This document shows positions 13,386-27,699 of a DNA stretch of 64,000 nt, piece by piece. The position numbers and the translations under genes are program-made. The stretch covers positions 5,394,001 to 5,458,000 of the forward strand of contig JAQFVV010000011.1 in assembly GCA_028023455.1 (NCBI GenBank), given 5' to 3'. How positions within the stretch are numbered: the first letter of the stretch is position 1; every line of letters starts with the position of its first letter. The notes below the pieces were generated by a model. That model searched no databases, was not told where the DNA came from, and saw only the letters and a list, made by a program, of their open reading frames with translations. Source of the stretch: Epiperipatus broadwayi (Eukaryota > Animalia > Onychophora).

Positions 13386-15439
13386 ATTTTACCAGTCATC
13401 ATCATCATCATCATCATCAACCATTATCAATCCACTGCAGGATGAAGGTCTCTCCAAGTTTAATCCATCTTCTCCGATCTTTAGCTTCTCTTCTCCACAA
13501 CACCCCTGCACATTTTTTCATCCATCCATCTCACATGTGGTCTCTTTCTGGGTCTTTTACAATCTCTTGGAATCCAGTTTAAAATTTCAATTGTCCATCT
13601 ATTATCATCTCTTCTAGCAATATGTCCAGCCCAACTCCATTTCAATCTTTTAATTTTTTCAATAAGGTCAGTAACACCTGTTTGTTGTCTTACCCATACA
13701 TTGCGTTTTCGATCTCTTCTTGTTACTCCCAACATACATCTCTCCATACTCCTTTGAGTGGTCTGAAGTCTCTGTATTGCTCTTCTATTAAGTGTCCAAG
13801 TCTCAGATCCATAAGTAAGAACTGGTAAAACACGTGTTAAAAAACATCCTTTTCAAACACATAGGCATATTTCCTTTTAGTATCAAGTTATTTCTACCAA
13901 AAGCATTCCAACCAAGTTTAATTCTATGATTAATTCCCCCCATTATGTTTCCATCTGTATTAATAATCTGACCTAGGTATTTGTAACTGTTAACTTCTTC
14001 TAATTCTTCATAATCAATCTTTATTTTCATATTTTGAGCAAATCGATTAAACATTACTTTAGTCTTTTTAACATTTATCTTTAGTCTTACTTTTCTACTT
14101 TCATCTGCTAACTCCTGCAACATTTCCTGCAGCTCTGAAGCATTATTTGCAAAAACAACTACATTATCTGCAAAATCTAAATGACTTAAATACTCTCCAT
14201 TTACTTTCACTCCTTTAGTTTCCCATTTTAATCCACAAAATACTTCTTGCAGCACTGCTGTAAAGAGTTTTGGAGATATGGAGTCACCTTGTCTTACACC
14301 TTTCTCAATGTTGATTTTTCCAGTATCATTATGTAATCTAATTGTTACTGTTGCATTTTTATAAATATTCTTTAAAATGTGACAATATCCTGGATCTATA
14401 CCTTGATGATCCAATGCTTTAATCACTGAAGAAATGTGTATAGAATCGAATGCTTTTTCATAATCTACAAATCCAAAACATAATGACAACTCATATTCGT
14501 TTGTCCTTTCTATGACTTCTCTCAATACCTAGATATGATCTATTGTACTAAAACCACTTTTAAATCCAGCTTGTTCTCTGTAGACGAGTTGTAATTATCT
14601 TGGTAAAAATTTTATATAAAACTGATAAAAGGCTGATAGGTCTGTAATTTCTAATATCTTCTTTATCACCTTTTTTAAATATTAATATTATTACTGCATT
14701 CTTCCAATCTTCTGGAACATCTTAATCATTTAGACATTTGGTATATAACTTTGCTAAAATTGTTTCTATTTCTTCACCTGCTTCTTTTAATATATCAATT
14801 ATAATTCCATCATTTCCTGGAGCCTTTCCTTTCTTCATACACTTAATTGCATGTCTCACTTCTTCATTTAAAATTCTGGGCAATTCGGAAGATGTAATAG
14901 ATATAGGAGGTACTTGTTCTTTATTACTATATAATTCTTGTGAAGTAGTAGAAGATTTTTATATGGATGTACAAAAGGCTTTTGATCAGAGTAAACAACA
15001 TTTTAAAATTGTTATGGGAGACTTTAATGCTAGAATTGGTAGACAAATGAAAGATGAAATTGCTGTAGGTAATTTTGGTTATGGTAATAGAAATGAGAGA
15101 GGACATAGACTTGTGGAGTTTGCAGAAAAAGAAAAACTTTATATTATGAATTCATTTTTTGAGAAAAATGTTAAAAGGAAATGGACATGGAAGCATCCAA
15201 ATGAAGGTACAGCAGAATTGGGTTATATTTTGACTAACAGAAAATACATATTTCAAGATTGTAATGTTCTTAATAAATTTAACACAGGAAGTGATCATCG
15301 ATTAGTAAGGTGTAAATTACGTGTTAATGTAAAACTAGAAAGACAAAAATTATTAAGAAAAACAATATTTACAGTTGATATTCCTAATCTTCAGAACCAT
15401 TCTAATGAATTTAAATTAGAACTTACAAATTTTACCAGT
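13386..15439 (-). mobile_element. RTE-clade LINE insertion with 5' inversion, bounded by 11-bp TSD attttaccagt
   Basis: (TGA)n tail at about 13397-13417. Minus-strand RT fragments 13803-14525 (FVDYEKAFDSI, GVRQGDSISPKLF, LDFADN) and 13481-13747 (LKWSWAGHIARR). AP-endonuclease segment on the + strand at about 14940-15428 (MGDFNARIG, NERGHRL, GSDHRLV). attttaccagt at 13386-13396 and 15429-15439. Confidence 0.9.
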
Positions 15440-16599
15440 AAAAAAACTTAAATATCTTTCTGCAAATTTAAAGAACTAACAGACAATTATTTCTCCATTA
15501 TGGCATTCTATTTGAAATATAGATATAAGACAGTAGATAGGCCTAAATGAAGTTATAGACAATGGTTATAAAGTACTCAGATTATTTATAGATGAAAATA
15601 TGAAATTAATAGATTATCCATTTGAGTCTTGGTTTCTTAATTTTTGGGATGAAAACTTTATTTACAAGTTCATTTTGGAAGTTTAAAATTCAAAGTTTTT
15701 TTACAATTAAAATCATTTTTACCAATAGAACAGTAAAAAAAATCTACAGTTTATTTAAATATCAGTTTTTTACAATTAATATTTTTAAATTTGACAATTG
15801 ACTTTTTTTTAGATTATAGTTTAATAAAATCAAGTTTTTTATTTATAAAAAGAGTGCAAAATGCTTAAATAATTATAACAATGTAATATTTTAAATATCT
15901 CAATGATATCACATTTTTAAATTAAATAAAATTTTGTTTCTATACATTTTTTTAATTTACTCACCAATCCAAATATATTCCTAGGAATATATCATTTCAT
16001 TAACCCACTTTTCACAAAAATAAATTTAATAATTATAATGTGTATTTAAAAAAAATGAAAATTTTATTTTTATATATAATATTAATTTTAATCTGAACTG
16101 AGTTAATATTTAATATCTTATTAACTTTAACTCAAATAGCAATACATAACAATTAAACGAAAATATTTACCCTTAATATTTAAAAATATAAATAAATTAA
16201 ATACAGACATTTATGAACATTCAAAAAAAAAAGAAGAAAAAAATAGAAAGTATAAGCTGTTCAATTTTGATAAAAAATTATTGTTATGGCCTTTAAAATT
16301 GTGAGTTCCTTTAATTTTATTAAAATTTTAATAATAGAGACCACTTCATATTAGTTTATTAACCACCAATAAAATTTAAATTCAGGAACAAATAATACCT
16401 ATATATATATATATTTAGGTTTATACTGAACATATATCTCATATAAAGTAACAATTACATTACACTGGTTTAGCCTTTTAGATCTAATATATTTCTCTGT
16501 ACCAAATAAATATAGTATCCTGATACGATATAAAACCAATTTTCTTATAATCATTATTACAAACTATACATTCCATTTTATACAGTAACTTTAAATGTA

Positions 16600-17050
16600 C
16601 ACCAATTTGAATATTTTTCCTATTTTGGAATCCAATAGGAGTCAATATTCACAGATAAAACTTCCATATTCATGACTTCGTGTTTCGTGATAGCAAAACT
16701 ATTTCCTTTTATTACTATTATTTTCTCTTACAAACTCCAATATTGATACATCTATATGAAGTTTCATCTCTAATAACAATTCTTTATATTTATTATTATT
16801 ATTTAATCTCATGGCAATTTTTTGTCTCATAAAGACTTTATCATTCAATCCATTTTTTCTCTGATCCTATTGTTATTCCATTTTTCATGAGGACCATGCT
16901 GCATGGAACTTAATTGTAAAAAATAGCTGAGTTTGATTTTCCTGAATGTAACTGGAGTCTCATCAAGTTGTGCTTATCTGCTTCATAAATGGAATGTAAT
17001 GGCCACTGACTTTTGTAATGTGGTCAAATATAAACCATGAATCCACTTAG
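16600..17050 (-). mobile_element. Possible piggyBac-like transposase relic
   Basis: One minus frame reads DETPVTFRKIKLSYFLQ...HGPHEKW, loosely like piggyBac IDE.MV.F.GR...KP.K.G.K.W. Heavily decayed, no TIRs found. Confidence 0.2.
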
Positions 17051-17559
17051 CTTTTATTAATAGTTAAGCAGCAGCAGCAGAAAAAAAAAAATACATAAAT
17101 AATATGAAAGCACAATTGTTAAATAAATGTTTAGATAGCTAAAGGTTTTTGGATTGAAATTCGATTATTTTTTAATATCAGTTGTTTATTATTTCATTTA
17201 AATAAATAAAATCTGCTGCAAAGTTAATTGAATGGAAGTCAGAAGATATCATTTTACAAATAAATAAATAAAAATACATTAAAGTACTAATATTTATTTA
17301 GATTTTTCCAGTTTGAAAAAAACAAAAAACGATTCAGCTATTGAAAGTGAAATTTCTTAATTTCTTAAATAGTATTTATTAGAAATACTATTAGTTAATT
17401 AAAAATTACAAATTTTAGTTGTAAATATATCTTAAAATAATTATCAATAACACTACTATTCTATAGGTAAATTTTGTGATGACTATACAAATCAATCTGT
17501 GAAACAAAAACAAAACAAAATATAGAATATATGATAAATTTATAATGATTATTTGATTT

Positions 17560-17850
17560 TTTTGCAGTCCTATCTTAACTTTATCTGCAGCAAACTTCTT
17601 TCCCATTAACTTCAGCACCTTGCCTAATTGTAACTTTCTATTGTATTCTATCTTTTACCATATCTTCTTACTCTGATATCATTCAGTATTATATTTTTTA
17701 AAGATGGTTTTGGGATAATCTTTATAATGTAAAGTTCTTTTTTTCTCCAAAATCATCCTCGAGTTTGCCATAAAATATTTTTTTTAGGAAAATCTTGTCT
17801 TATTCAATTGTTTTGTATTTCCAATCTAATAAAAATGTGACTCTGCAATA
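17560..17850 (-). mobile_element. RTE-clade LINE 3' fragment
   Basis: Decayed minus-strand translation RQDFPKKIFYGKL...VKDR resembles the RTE ORF C-terminus. Homologous at the DNA level to about 60600-60700 (gcagcaaa..cctaattgtaact). Confidence 0.45.
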
Positions 17851-18609
17851 TTATAGTTTATAGACTCACAGCCAACAAGTTGAAGAACATATTGATTGAT
17901 ATTATTATCTTGCCAAAGTATTTTTAGAACTATTTTTAAAATAAAATAATAACTAATATTGAAATATAAGAAAAAAATTGAACTATTTAAAAAGTAGTGT
18001 TGATCAACAACTATGAAAATAGTCTGCTTTAATATTTATGTAGACATTTTGAAAAATAAAAGTTACATAATTTGTGATGACATCTACAAGTTAGTATATA
18101 GATATAGACTTTTGTAAAATAATTAGAAGATATAGAAAATATTCTTTGTATTTATTCTAATATTATAATTATAATGTCCTGTTTTAGTACTTCTGTATTT
18201 AATATGGATCATTAAACAATTGTTACACAATTCCATTTTAATAATTATTACTCGGGAGCCTAATGCAACATTCAAACATCACAATAGCAGATTGGGTATT
18301 TAACAGTTTTCCTCTGTTTAATTAAACCATTATATATATATTTTCTAGAATCTGGCTCTGAGCTTATCACTTATCACTGTACTAAAGCTCACAGGTTTGA
18401 ATTATGTGATATGTGGCATTGAGCGGTACATTTAATAGATAAAATTATTTGTTAATGTGCTGATAGTGAAGATTTTTGAAAAACAACTTTTTTAAATGAA
18501 ATTATTATGTCCATCTGGTTAAGAATTTCACTATGGTAAATTAAAATTAAATAAATAGACTATTTATACTATAAGATAAAGTATTTATAAAGAATTACAC
18601 GATTAAATA

Positions 18610-19410
18610 AAAGTTGCAAAAGTCTGTTTGTATAGAGGGGATGAGGGGAGGCAGACCATGAGGCCTCTTAATCTATGTGCTGTTTCATTTTTGCATTCTC
18701 ATGGTTACAACCTACCTAGATAGACTTCTATATTTTATATATGCAAATCTGATGATGAAACTTTTCAGCATCTATTCGAAGAATGTTCCACATTTGGGCA
18801 GATAAGAGCTAAAGTGTTCCACAAGTCAATCATAAACTTAAAACTTCTACTTAGTCAATACATTGAGAAATTTAACCCCCACAATGCAATGGTGACTGTG
18901 CATACCCTTAAGACAATATGGTATATATGATGTACTATGATATTTAACAACAAGAAATTCAACTGGCTGAGAAAACTATAGAGATTGGGAAACTTATTTC
19001 AATCAATGTCTGAGGAGATACTTGCCAAGGAAGACGATGAATCGAATCTGGGGTGGTCCTGGAGTAACTCTATGTGAGATTATCACATAAATATTTGTCT
19101 TGAATAAAAGTTTAATTCTTATGGATGGCTTATTCCTTGGGCGAATCAATCATTTTGTTGCATACTTTGCTCATTTGAGTTGCATGTCTTAGAGTCTCCT
19201 TCTATTTCAGTGTTCCAAGTCAATATTCCTGAGTGGAAGAGAACTAGTTAATTGCCTGCAGTCTTTTTTGTCTTAATAGTGGAATATATAAAATTCTTTG
19301 GATTTTGGTATACAAAACTATAACATATTTATCATCTGTTTAATTACTTGTATAAATTGTAAATAGTTATTGTGTTAATAAAGGTTTATATATATATAAT
19401 AAAAAAAAAG
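18610..19410 (+). mobile_element. L1/Tx1-clade LINE 3' fragment
   Basis: CKSDDETFQHLFEEC...VHTLKTIWYI*CTMIFNNKKF (zf-RVT CCHC-type C-terminus), followed by a 3' UTR ending gttaataaaggttt...aataaaaaaaaa at about 19375-19409. Confidence 0.8.
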
Positions 19411-21039
19411 TACAAATTTTAATTTCTATACATATTATTGTTTTGTATTTAAGTAGAATCATTTCATAAACTTATATATGTAGACCGCTTAATTCTTTCT
19501 TTTTTTAAAAAAAAAAGTTTTCCATTTATTGTATAACATGATTTTTTTTTCATTAAAAAAAAAGAAGAGACGATTGAGGGTGTGATATTTCCATAATTTG
19601 TTTGCATTATACATGTTTATCGATTTTATTATAATTATTACTCAAATTAGGAATTGCTTTTTTTTTTTTAATTATATAGCAAGATAAACTGACCTAAAAA
19701 ACAAGAAAAAAAATTCACTTTTTAAAACTGTTTGTGAATATTAATATAGTCAGTCGCTTGAATGTTTCTCTGGCGTTAACAGCTGTAGGAAAACTTTACT
19801 ATTTGAGTTGCTGCCCTGATAAAAGTAGTTCTAAATTTGACCTTTATTTGAAAGTTGATGGAGCTTAGTTGAAAGTGAGGGAAATGGAGCTGTTTTACTT
19901 CATGTCTGATATATTGGTGGAGTATTTGTTTTTTGGGTCATTCGCTTAACTAATATCCAACTAAAAAATTTAGTTAAGAGGAAGGAGTATTAATATAGTA
20001 GCTAATTAAAAGCATTCTTTCTAATCTAATCTGAGCACCGGCGAGCATGCTTATTGTGATGCAGGTTGGCAAGTCATGACATCCGAGCCATCTCTAGGGA
20101 ATATGTAAAATAAAAATTTCAGATAGAAAGCACTAGTGTCTGATTGGAGGGGGAAGGGGGGCTTTTTTCAAATAGTTAAAAAAAGAAACAAATCAGCTGT
20201 TTATTTTGTTAAAGAATTTAAAAATGTAAATTTTATTTATCTTTTAAATATCAACCTGTTTTTAAAGTAAGATTAATTATAGTTATTTTTTTTTTTATTC
20301 AGCATCCTGTAAGAACTGTTATAATTGCAGTGATTAGAATTGGTCACTCTTAAAGCAATTATAACATCGTCTCTTTTGACTACAGTTAATTCTATCATCT
20401 TGATTGCTTTCTTTAAATAAATAATAACTTCTCTTCAAGATTTTATTGGTGTGTTTTAAATTAAAAATAACTTTTCCCCAGTTCAAGGGGTATCAAAAGT
20501 ATGAATTCTTGAATTTCTTTTCCTTTCTCCCAATAGAGCGGAGGGTAATACTTAAAATCTAGTCAGCTAATTAGACATCATGTGGCTAGAGTCTAACTCA
20601 TTCATATGTCATCATTGAGGAAGAAATCAAGCAGATAAATGAGAATTACATAAGTCAGGCCAGTCATGAAGGGAAAGAGTAAGTTAAATTTATTTTAAGC
20701 TAAGAAGTTTTGCACACATAGCATTCACGATTAAATGAAACGCTATCTGACAAGCTGCTTGCTCTATGCAAGTGTAAATAGACACCCTACCACACACGCC
20801 ATATCCATATATGGACCAGGGATGTTTTTAGAACTTGGCAACAGAAAAAAATATTCTCTATGGGCTGGGCAGCCATGTTCTAAACTTTCTTTTTCCTGTG
20901 CTGTTGGATTTAATGGGATAAATATTGGAGTTAGAAAGAAAATGTGACTTTTTTTTTTTTAGAAAAAAAATATTTTTATTAATAATTTAAAGATCTTTAT
21001 GTATGGGTTGTTTAAATTTCAAGTTGTGGTTTTTATTAG

Positions 21040-22308
21040 GTGGAATCCAGTATTATGCTGAAAAATTATGCATCTTGTAAGTATGTACATACTACTTTAA
21101 CCATTTATCATACAGCTATTATTGAGCTTCGGCATAGTAGGGCTATTCACAGCTGCACAAAATGTCAGCCAAATTTAAAGAAATCTTATGGTGTGCCGTG
21201 TGGCTCTATTCACTACGGCATCTGCACCGCTGTCACTCTTCCTTTAGAATATTTAAATAGTGAAATTGAAGATAGTGTCAAACGTTTTACTACGGCGGAT
21301 AGAGAGAGGGTGGGGTCCAAAGGAGGGACTACCACCAAATCACATACAGCTTCAACTTCCGGTCAAAATGCTTCCCCAAAATCAGATAGCTGGCCACTTT
21401 TAGCAAAATATCCTGGAGTTGGAAATAAACTTAATCACTCTAAGCTTATATCTCAGCCAAAAATTAATAATGTCTCAGCTGATGTTCATTCTTCAGACAT
21501 TAAAATTAAAGATGATAAAGTGGTTTCTACTTCCACATCATCAACCACCACAGCTGTTTCTACATCAAGCACAGCTACATCGGCAAAAGGTGCCATTGTC
21601 ACAACTTCATCATCAACAACAGTTGCTGCCTCACCAACAATAGCTACAAATATTAATAAAAATAATCAGAAAAATAGTGAAACATCTAATAAAGAGATCT
21701 CTAAAAAGATTCAGAGCCCTAAAAAAATTGATACTAGCAAAAAAATAGAAAATGTTAAGAAACAAGATATTAAATCTGAAATCAGTATTGATAAAAAGAG
21801 AGACTGTGAAAAAATAAATGGAAATGAAATAAAATCAGTGATCAAAAACAATGCTAGAAAGAAAACAACATCATCATCTTCAACACCATTAGTTTCAACA
21901 CCTTCAGTTATAACACCACCTGATTCTGGAGTTATTGTTACATCTGTAATAAGTGTGTCAACACCATCAGTTATCACTACAACAACAATTAATACTGACA
22001 ACATAAGTAGTGTTTCTGTGACCAATGCTGCAGTTGTTACTAACAATGCTAACAATTCCACAGGAATTATTCCTCATCCTAAATTGACAATTCAGCAGAA
22101 ACAGCAAATCAGGGATAGATTACAGGGTACTGAGGCTGGCACTCATATGCCTGTTCGACCTTTTTTGACTCAAGGATCAGTAGCAGAAAGGATTATGTTA
22201 TTTGAAAGATGTCCTACTTTAGAAAAAAATACTACCTCACTTAAAAGCAAACCTGCTTTCCATACCTGGAGACAGCCAAATTCTGAAACGGTGCCAAAGA
22301 AAAATCAG
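21040..22308 (+). CDS. Large internal coding exon of an unidentified host gene (S/T/K-rich low-complexity region followed by a short conserved-looking motif)
   Basis: Stop-free 426-codon frame in AT-rich DNA. Acceptor ttttattag|G at 21039/21040 and donor CAG|gtaatt at 22308/22309; 1269 bp, a multiple of 3. An alternative acceptor cttcctttag| would start the exon at 21248. C-terminal motif RPFLTQGSVAERIMLFERCP not assignable from memory. Confidence 0.8.
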
Positions 22309-24329
22309 GTAATTCAATAAATATGCATATGTGTATAAGCACACACACACACACACACACCACCACCATCATCTAACAAACTATTTATTCTTTGCAGATT
22401 TATATATTAATATATCTTATTTATTGATATACCAACTAACATAATACAAATTCAAAACAAATTAAAAAATTAAATAAAAATACAAATATAAATTTATAAT
22501 TCACAAACACATTTACCTATCATCTTTCTGTGCTTGGTATATTGCTGTTTAGTATAATAGAAGAATAAATGTTAATTGGCCATTTTTGTAAAAACTTGTT
22601 TTGAGATCTAGTTTATGTAACAGATTGGTTGTTATTAAAGTGTTTTGGCTATGGATATATGCATACATGTTATACTTTGTGTAAAATAAAAGTAACAAAG
22701 CAGTAAATTATTTAATAATAATGGATAATCTTATAATTGTTCCAAATGAAATCATGGTTCCTAATTGCTACAAGGAAAATAATTAAAATATCTTTAAACC
22801 CAAAACTGCACATAATTTGGAAATAGATATGTTTCTGTTAATTGTTTTCAATAATGTTAGTTATTTAATTGTGTTCTATCTTTTTTTAAAAAAAAACAAC
22901 ATCACATACAAATAATTTATATTCAATTTTCTATTCATACAAAAGGTCATGTGACAACAGCACACCAACATCATGCTTACATTGTGGTTTTAAATTTTGA
23001 CCAATTTTTTCAGTTTCTAATAAAGCTTAGAATTTTTTCCTTAGCTAGTTGATTTATAACCAACTTTGTTTACCATAAAATAATAGGTAGTAAATGAGAA
23101 TTTAATTATTCTTAGCTAGAGGTAAACAGGGGCAGAAAATGATTCAATCTTTTACCACTTAATGCTGTGATTAATGGCCTTTTCTTTCCTATTCATTTAT
23201 AGGTGGCTGTTGAAGAAGTCTTTGCCTTTCTGTCTTTTTATGCATTCACAATATAATCATATTTGTACTTATGGCAATGACTATATAGTTAAAATGATTT
23301 TTTTTTTGTAATATGAATCATTTGTATGAATTACATTTAAAATTATTTGTTTGTTGTTGCTTTTTTTCAAATGTAATTATATACATAGAATTTTACACAT
23401 TGATTACTTTTATATGAACAATTCTTTGTGTACACTATTATATTTTAATACATCTTATTCATCTTTGTTTTAAGAGATATTCTGTGCATTTAAAGAAATG
23501 AAATTTATTTAAGTGGATGAAAAATGAACTATTGCAATACAAACTTTAAACCTAAGTTTTGGTTGAAGATATTACTCTCAATTATGTTGGTTTTTCCTGG
23601 ATGGATGGTGTAAATTTTGTATGTACTTAACTGATTTACTACAACATTGAATTTGAATATCTTTAGTTTTTATTAATGAAAATATGGAATGGATTTATAA
23701 AATAAATTTAAATTCAAGTATATAAAATTTGTAATTTGGTAGTATAAGTCAGTTTAAGATGTCTTGTTATGCAGAATTTATATTTTTAAATCAGCTTCTT
23801 AGGTTGATGTTTGAATCAGGTAGAGCTTAATGCTTGAAAATTATTGCTATTTTCTCAATTATTATTTAAATTCATATTCCATGTGAAAAATAGTTTGTTA
23901 TTGGATTGATGGTTGTGAATTGAGCACAAATTATTGCATAAATTGTAAGCCTAATATTTATTAAATAATAATTTGTGCATAGAACTGCCACAATGTGTTG
24001 CAGAGTATCTCTTTTCTGGCTGGTTATAGAATAGCTGGAAGTCTGGTTTAACATTTTTCTGGCTAGACTCAATTAAAATTTGCAATCTTTCATATACATT
24101 GGAGGCAGAAAAGAGTTAACTACTTCATGTCATGAAAAAGGAATACTGTTACAAAATTTTAAACAATACCCTCATTACAGGACTAAAATAAGAATAAGAT
24201 AAAATTAAAATATGTAAAGAATTTGAATTAGGATCATAGTGCATAAGGTTATTAGTTATTGCAGTAACTGTAAATAATGGATTAGATAGATAAAAATGTA
24301 CATTGTTTTCTTACAAGGGACAAATATAG

Positions 24330-24850
24330 CCATGTAGAGACAAATGGATAAAAGGGAATATGAAATATTTTATAGTAGAAACCTAATTAGAAAATATTTG
24401 GCAGAAGTTAATTTTACTGCAGCAATAGTAATGCTATTATAGAATTTTAAACAAGTGATGAAAGACTATATTATGTTAGAAGTAAGTTTATTTATTAGTT
24501 TGTCTGTGATAATCATATATCCACTGGAGAGAGAGAGAGAGTGATGAAATAGAGGCAAATAATTTTATGAAAGGCTAGAAATTATAGAATCAGTGTTTGA
24601 TGTGATTTTAGGATATTTACGGAAGATATGACTACAAATTGGATTAAGAACCATTATGAATATTTTGGACAAGAAGGGAATGATTTCAGACATTGATAAT
24701 GAGAAAAAAAAAGTTTGGCAAATGCAAATTATTTTTCCCGTAAAAAGTGTTTTCCATGAAATGTTTTTCCACAAAAAATGCATAAGGAAATATATTGACA
24801 AATATTACCTATATAAATTTTGTTCCCAACATTATTCTTGCATTTGTATA
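24330..24850 (+). mobile_element. Very decayed RTE-clade RT 3' fragment
   Basis: GYLRKI...FPVKSVFHEMF resembles RTE RCLRRI...RLPK.VFYGEL. Confidence 0.3.
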
Positions 24851-24899
24851 ATGATAAAACCATGTTTATAGTCTTTTTTGATTTCCTAAAATCACAATA

Positions 24900-26950
24900 T
24901 ATTTAGTAATCTCTAAAAATAATTCATGTATGACAAGAAGCAATTTATTCACCAAAATCCTTGAAAATACTTCAGTTGTGGTGGATAATAATGATATTCC
25001 ACAATAATTAGTGCAATCTTCTCTATTTCTATAAATATAAATGATTTATGTTTAAAAATTCTTAAGATCAGGTGGCACAACTTCATAAAAAAATATATTT
25101 TTAAAAAACTCTTTAACACTTTTAAAACTAATATATCCCCATCATATTTTAAAACTTCTCCAATTATTTCATCAGGATCTACACCCTTTCCTCTTTTAAG
25201 ATTGCAAAGAACTGTTTTGAATTTACTAAACTGGATATCTTTGTCCAAATATAAATGTGTAGATAAAATGAATGTAGTATTAAAAGTTGTCATTTCAATT
25301 CTTTTATCTTCATTCATAAGATAATTCAAATATTCCTTCCACCTGTTCAAGATGTCACTGTCTTTAGATAAGAGAGTGTCATTACTGGATTTAATAGAGT
25401 TTTGATATTGCTTCTCGTGTCCATATGTCACTTTCAGTATCATTAAAAAAGTTTGAGAGATCACCATCAACTACCAATTATTTTTAAGCCTTCTTTGTGC
25501 CCTTGAATTCGCCTTTAAATTTCTATATTTATTATAGACCTCCACATTTATTACTCTACCAAACAGAAAATCCACATTTCCTTTTAAATAAATTTCTAAT
25601 GATAAGATCATGATCAGGTAACCAATTATGATTCTTTTCTTAGTGAATCCTAGAATAGATTTATTTGCTTCTATATTAGACTTCTTAAAAGAATTCCATG
25701 TCTCAATAATATGACAATTCTAAAGTATCGCTGTTGAAATTTAATACTGATAGTAGATACTTTTAAAGAATTAATATCAATTTTTTTGCTAGCATGATTG
25801 GAACAAGATCTATATTTTAATGCAGTTAATATTTTAATCTTGTAGCATTTTACAATCTATGCTTATAACTACTTGCATAATGTGAATTCATATTTTGTAT
25901 TCCTTAATATGAATTTGTATTCTGACTTCTAACTACAATGTACTCTGTTAAATACTGTTGTATTGTATGTGAATACATTTAAATTATTTTACATCGATTT
26001 TTCTGCTTATATTAGTGTTTGTGATGGTCAATCCATGTGTTTGTACAAAACTTCAATAACAACACACCATTTGAATTTAGAGCAGCAACATTATTACATC
26101 AAACAATTTTGGATGAATATTTACGATTTTTGTATCTACACTTACATTAAAGTTTCCAAGAAGAAAAAAATTTTTTTAATGATACTATCCAGAAAATAAT
26201 AAAAGCTTTTTATCTAGTAAAGAATAAAAGCTTTTTTTTTCTTGAATTCTCTGAACTAATGTTGGAACAAATGCACTCATGAAATAAGCACTGCTACTAT
26301 TGTGCAAGTCAAGTTTTAATAGCATTAGTCTTTCATTGGTACAAGGGGTAATTCCAAAAATAAAATATACTAAATTAGACTTTACAGTAAATCCAATACC
26401 ATGCATTCTTTTTTCATTAATTGTTGTGTTCTTCTTTTGTCTTACTTTGAAGGACGAGTTTCATCAAGAGTAGCTAAATTAATTTTAAATCTTGAGAAAT
26501 CATGTAACCACTAGTACTGATCTCCATTCTGACTGAGTTTGTATTAAGTAATGTTTACACATTCCATGTATCAATATTTAGGAAAAAATTAGCTAAAACT
26601 TACTTTTAGTATTATTTCTGCCTCCAGTTTTATTATTATTATTGATAATATTATTATTTCTAACACTTTAATGAGTAATCTTCTTGGCATGGCAACCTAA
26701 CCAGATTACGACATTTTATAGATCTCTTTCATTTCAGGGATAGGCAGGGAATTCCTTGAGTAGGGGAGTCTAAATATAAAGCTTTGCCCAGCTAAAACAT
26801 TTGGTCTAAATTAAGCTTCAAACCAACTTATTAGTGATTGTATTGCTTCAAGAAAAGTCACAGCAAGGACTGCCAATCTACAAAATCTGTCCCTGGCATT
26901 GCTTTTTTATTTTCCAGGACTGGAGCTAAAAGAAAAAAGATTGAAAAAGT
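24900..26950 (-). mobile_element. RTE-clade LINE (second family): 5' UTR, AP endonuclease, linker and RT start
   Basis: rc of about 26570-26590 gives the TWNV-type endonuclease start. ORF 26185-26406 HGIGFTVKSNL...TNERLMLLKL...SAFVPTL. ORF 24949-25470 ILNRWKEYL...LKRGKGVDPDEIIGEVLKY. The 5' limit is approximate. Confidence 0.75.
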
Positions 26951-27699
26951 GATTTGAAGTTAGAATTGCTGTGAATATAGTTAAAGGATGGAAATGTAAC
27001 AGCGTAAGCATTACCATGATTACATAGATTGGTGGCACAAGAAGCTCATGGCAATCACATCCTATTTTAACTTAAATAACTGAAAAAGAAAAAGAGGAGA
27101 CAGACAAGATTGTTTGTATCAGCAACAGTACATAACCTTTGTTGAATCAATATTCTACTCTACAGGGCAGCAGGAGATATTCTTTACAACTAATTTTCAT
27201 ATCTGAAGTTCATTCCACTATTCACCATCTAGTCTGATTACAACATCCAGTTAAAGGGCTTAAACAAGTCAATAAAAGCAATATATAAATTGCATCTCTT
27301 CACTCAACATTTGTGTTGCATCTGCCTATGAATAAAAGCCATATCTATAAATGATTTTTGAATCAAAAAAACTATTTGTGTCTCTAATAACCATTTATAT
27401 GTGAGTGAAAGCATAATGTATAGCAATGAAATTCAATGAGAATTGCTGTGATCGTTTCTATGTTTTTTTATTTATATAAATTAGAACAATAAACACATCC
27501 TCAAAACGAAGTGACACAAAATCATGTCCATATATTCCTAAAAAATCATTTGAAGCCAGCAAAAACTTGACCAGGTAGCTGTATATGTTTGTATAAATCT
27601 AAATAAGTTGATAAAATAAATTTATTATTAAAAACCATCATGACGATTTTTATTTATTTATAAGGTCATCAAAATATTTCTTCCACTTATATAAAATGT

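Noticed and set aside
13366-13828. ORFs 13366-13617 and 13622-13828 (also 44190-44471, 46713-47030, 51192-51539)
   Set aside because: Antisense shadows of RTE 3' ends.
14738-15451. 237-aa + strand ORF as a novel gene
   Set aside because: It is a chimera of antisense RTE linker and the inverted RTE endonuclease segment.
19745-19760. TCAGTC initiator as an alternative transcription start
   Set aside because: A six-base motif with no supporting evidence.
21419-22061. ORFs 21419-21643 (+) and 21711-22061 (-)
   Set aside because: Alternative-frame and antisense shadows of the low-complexity exon.
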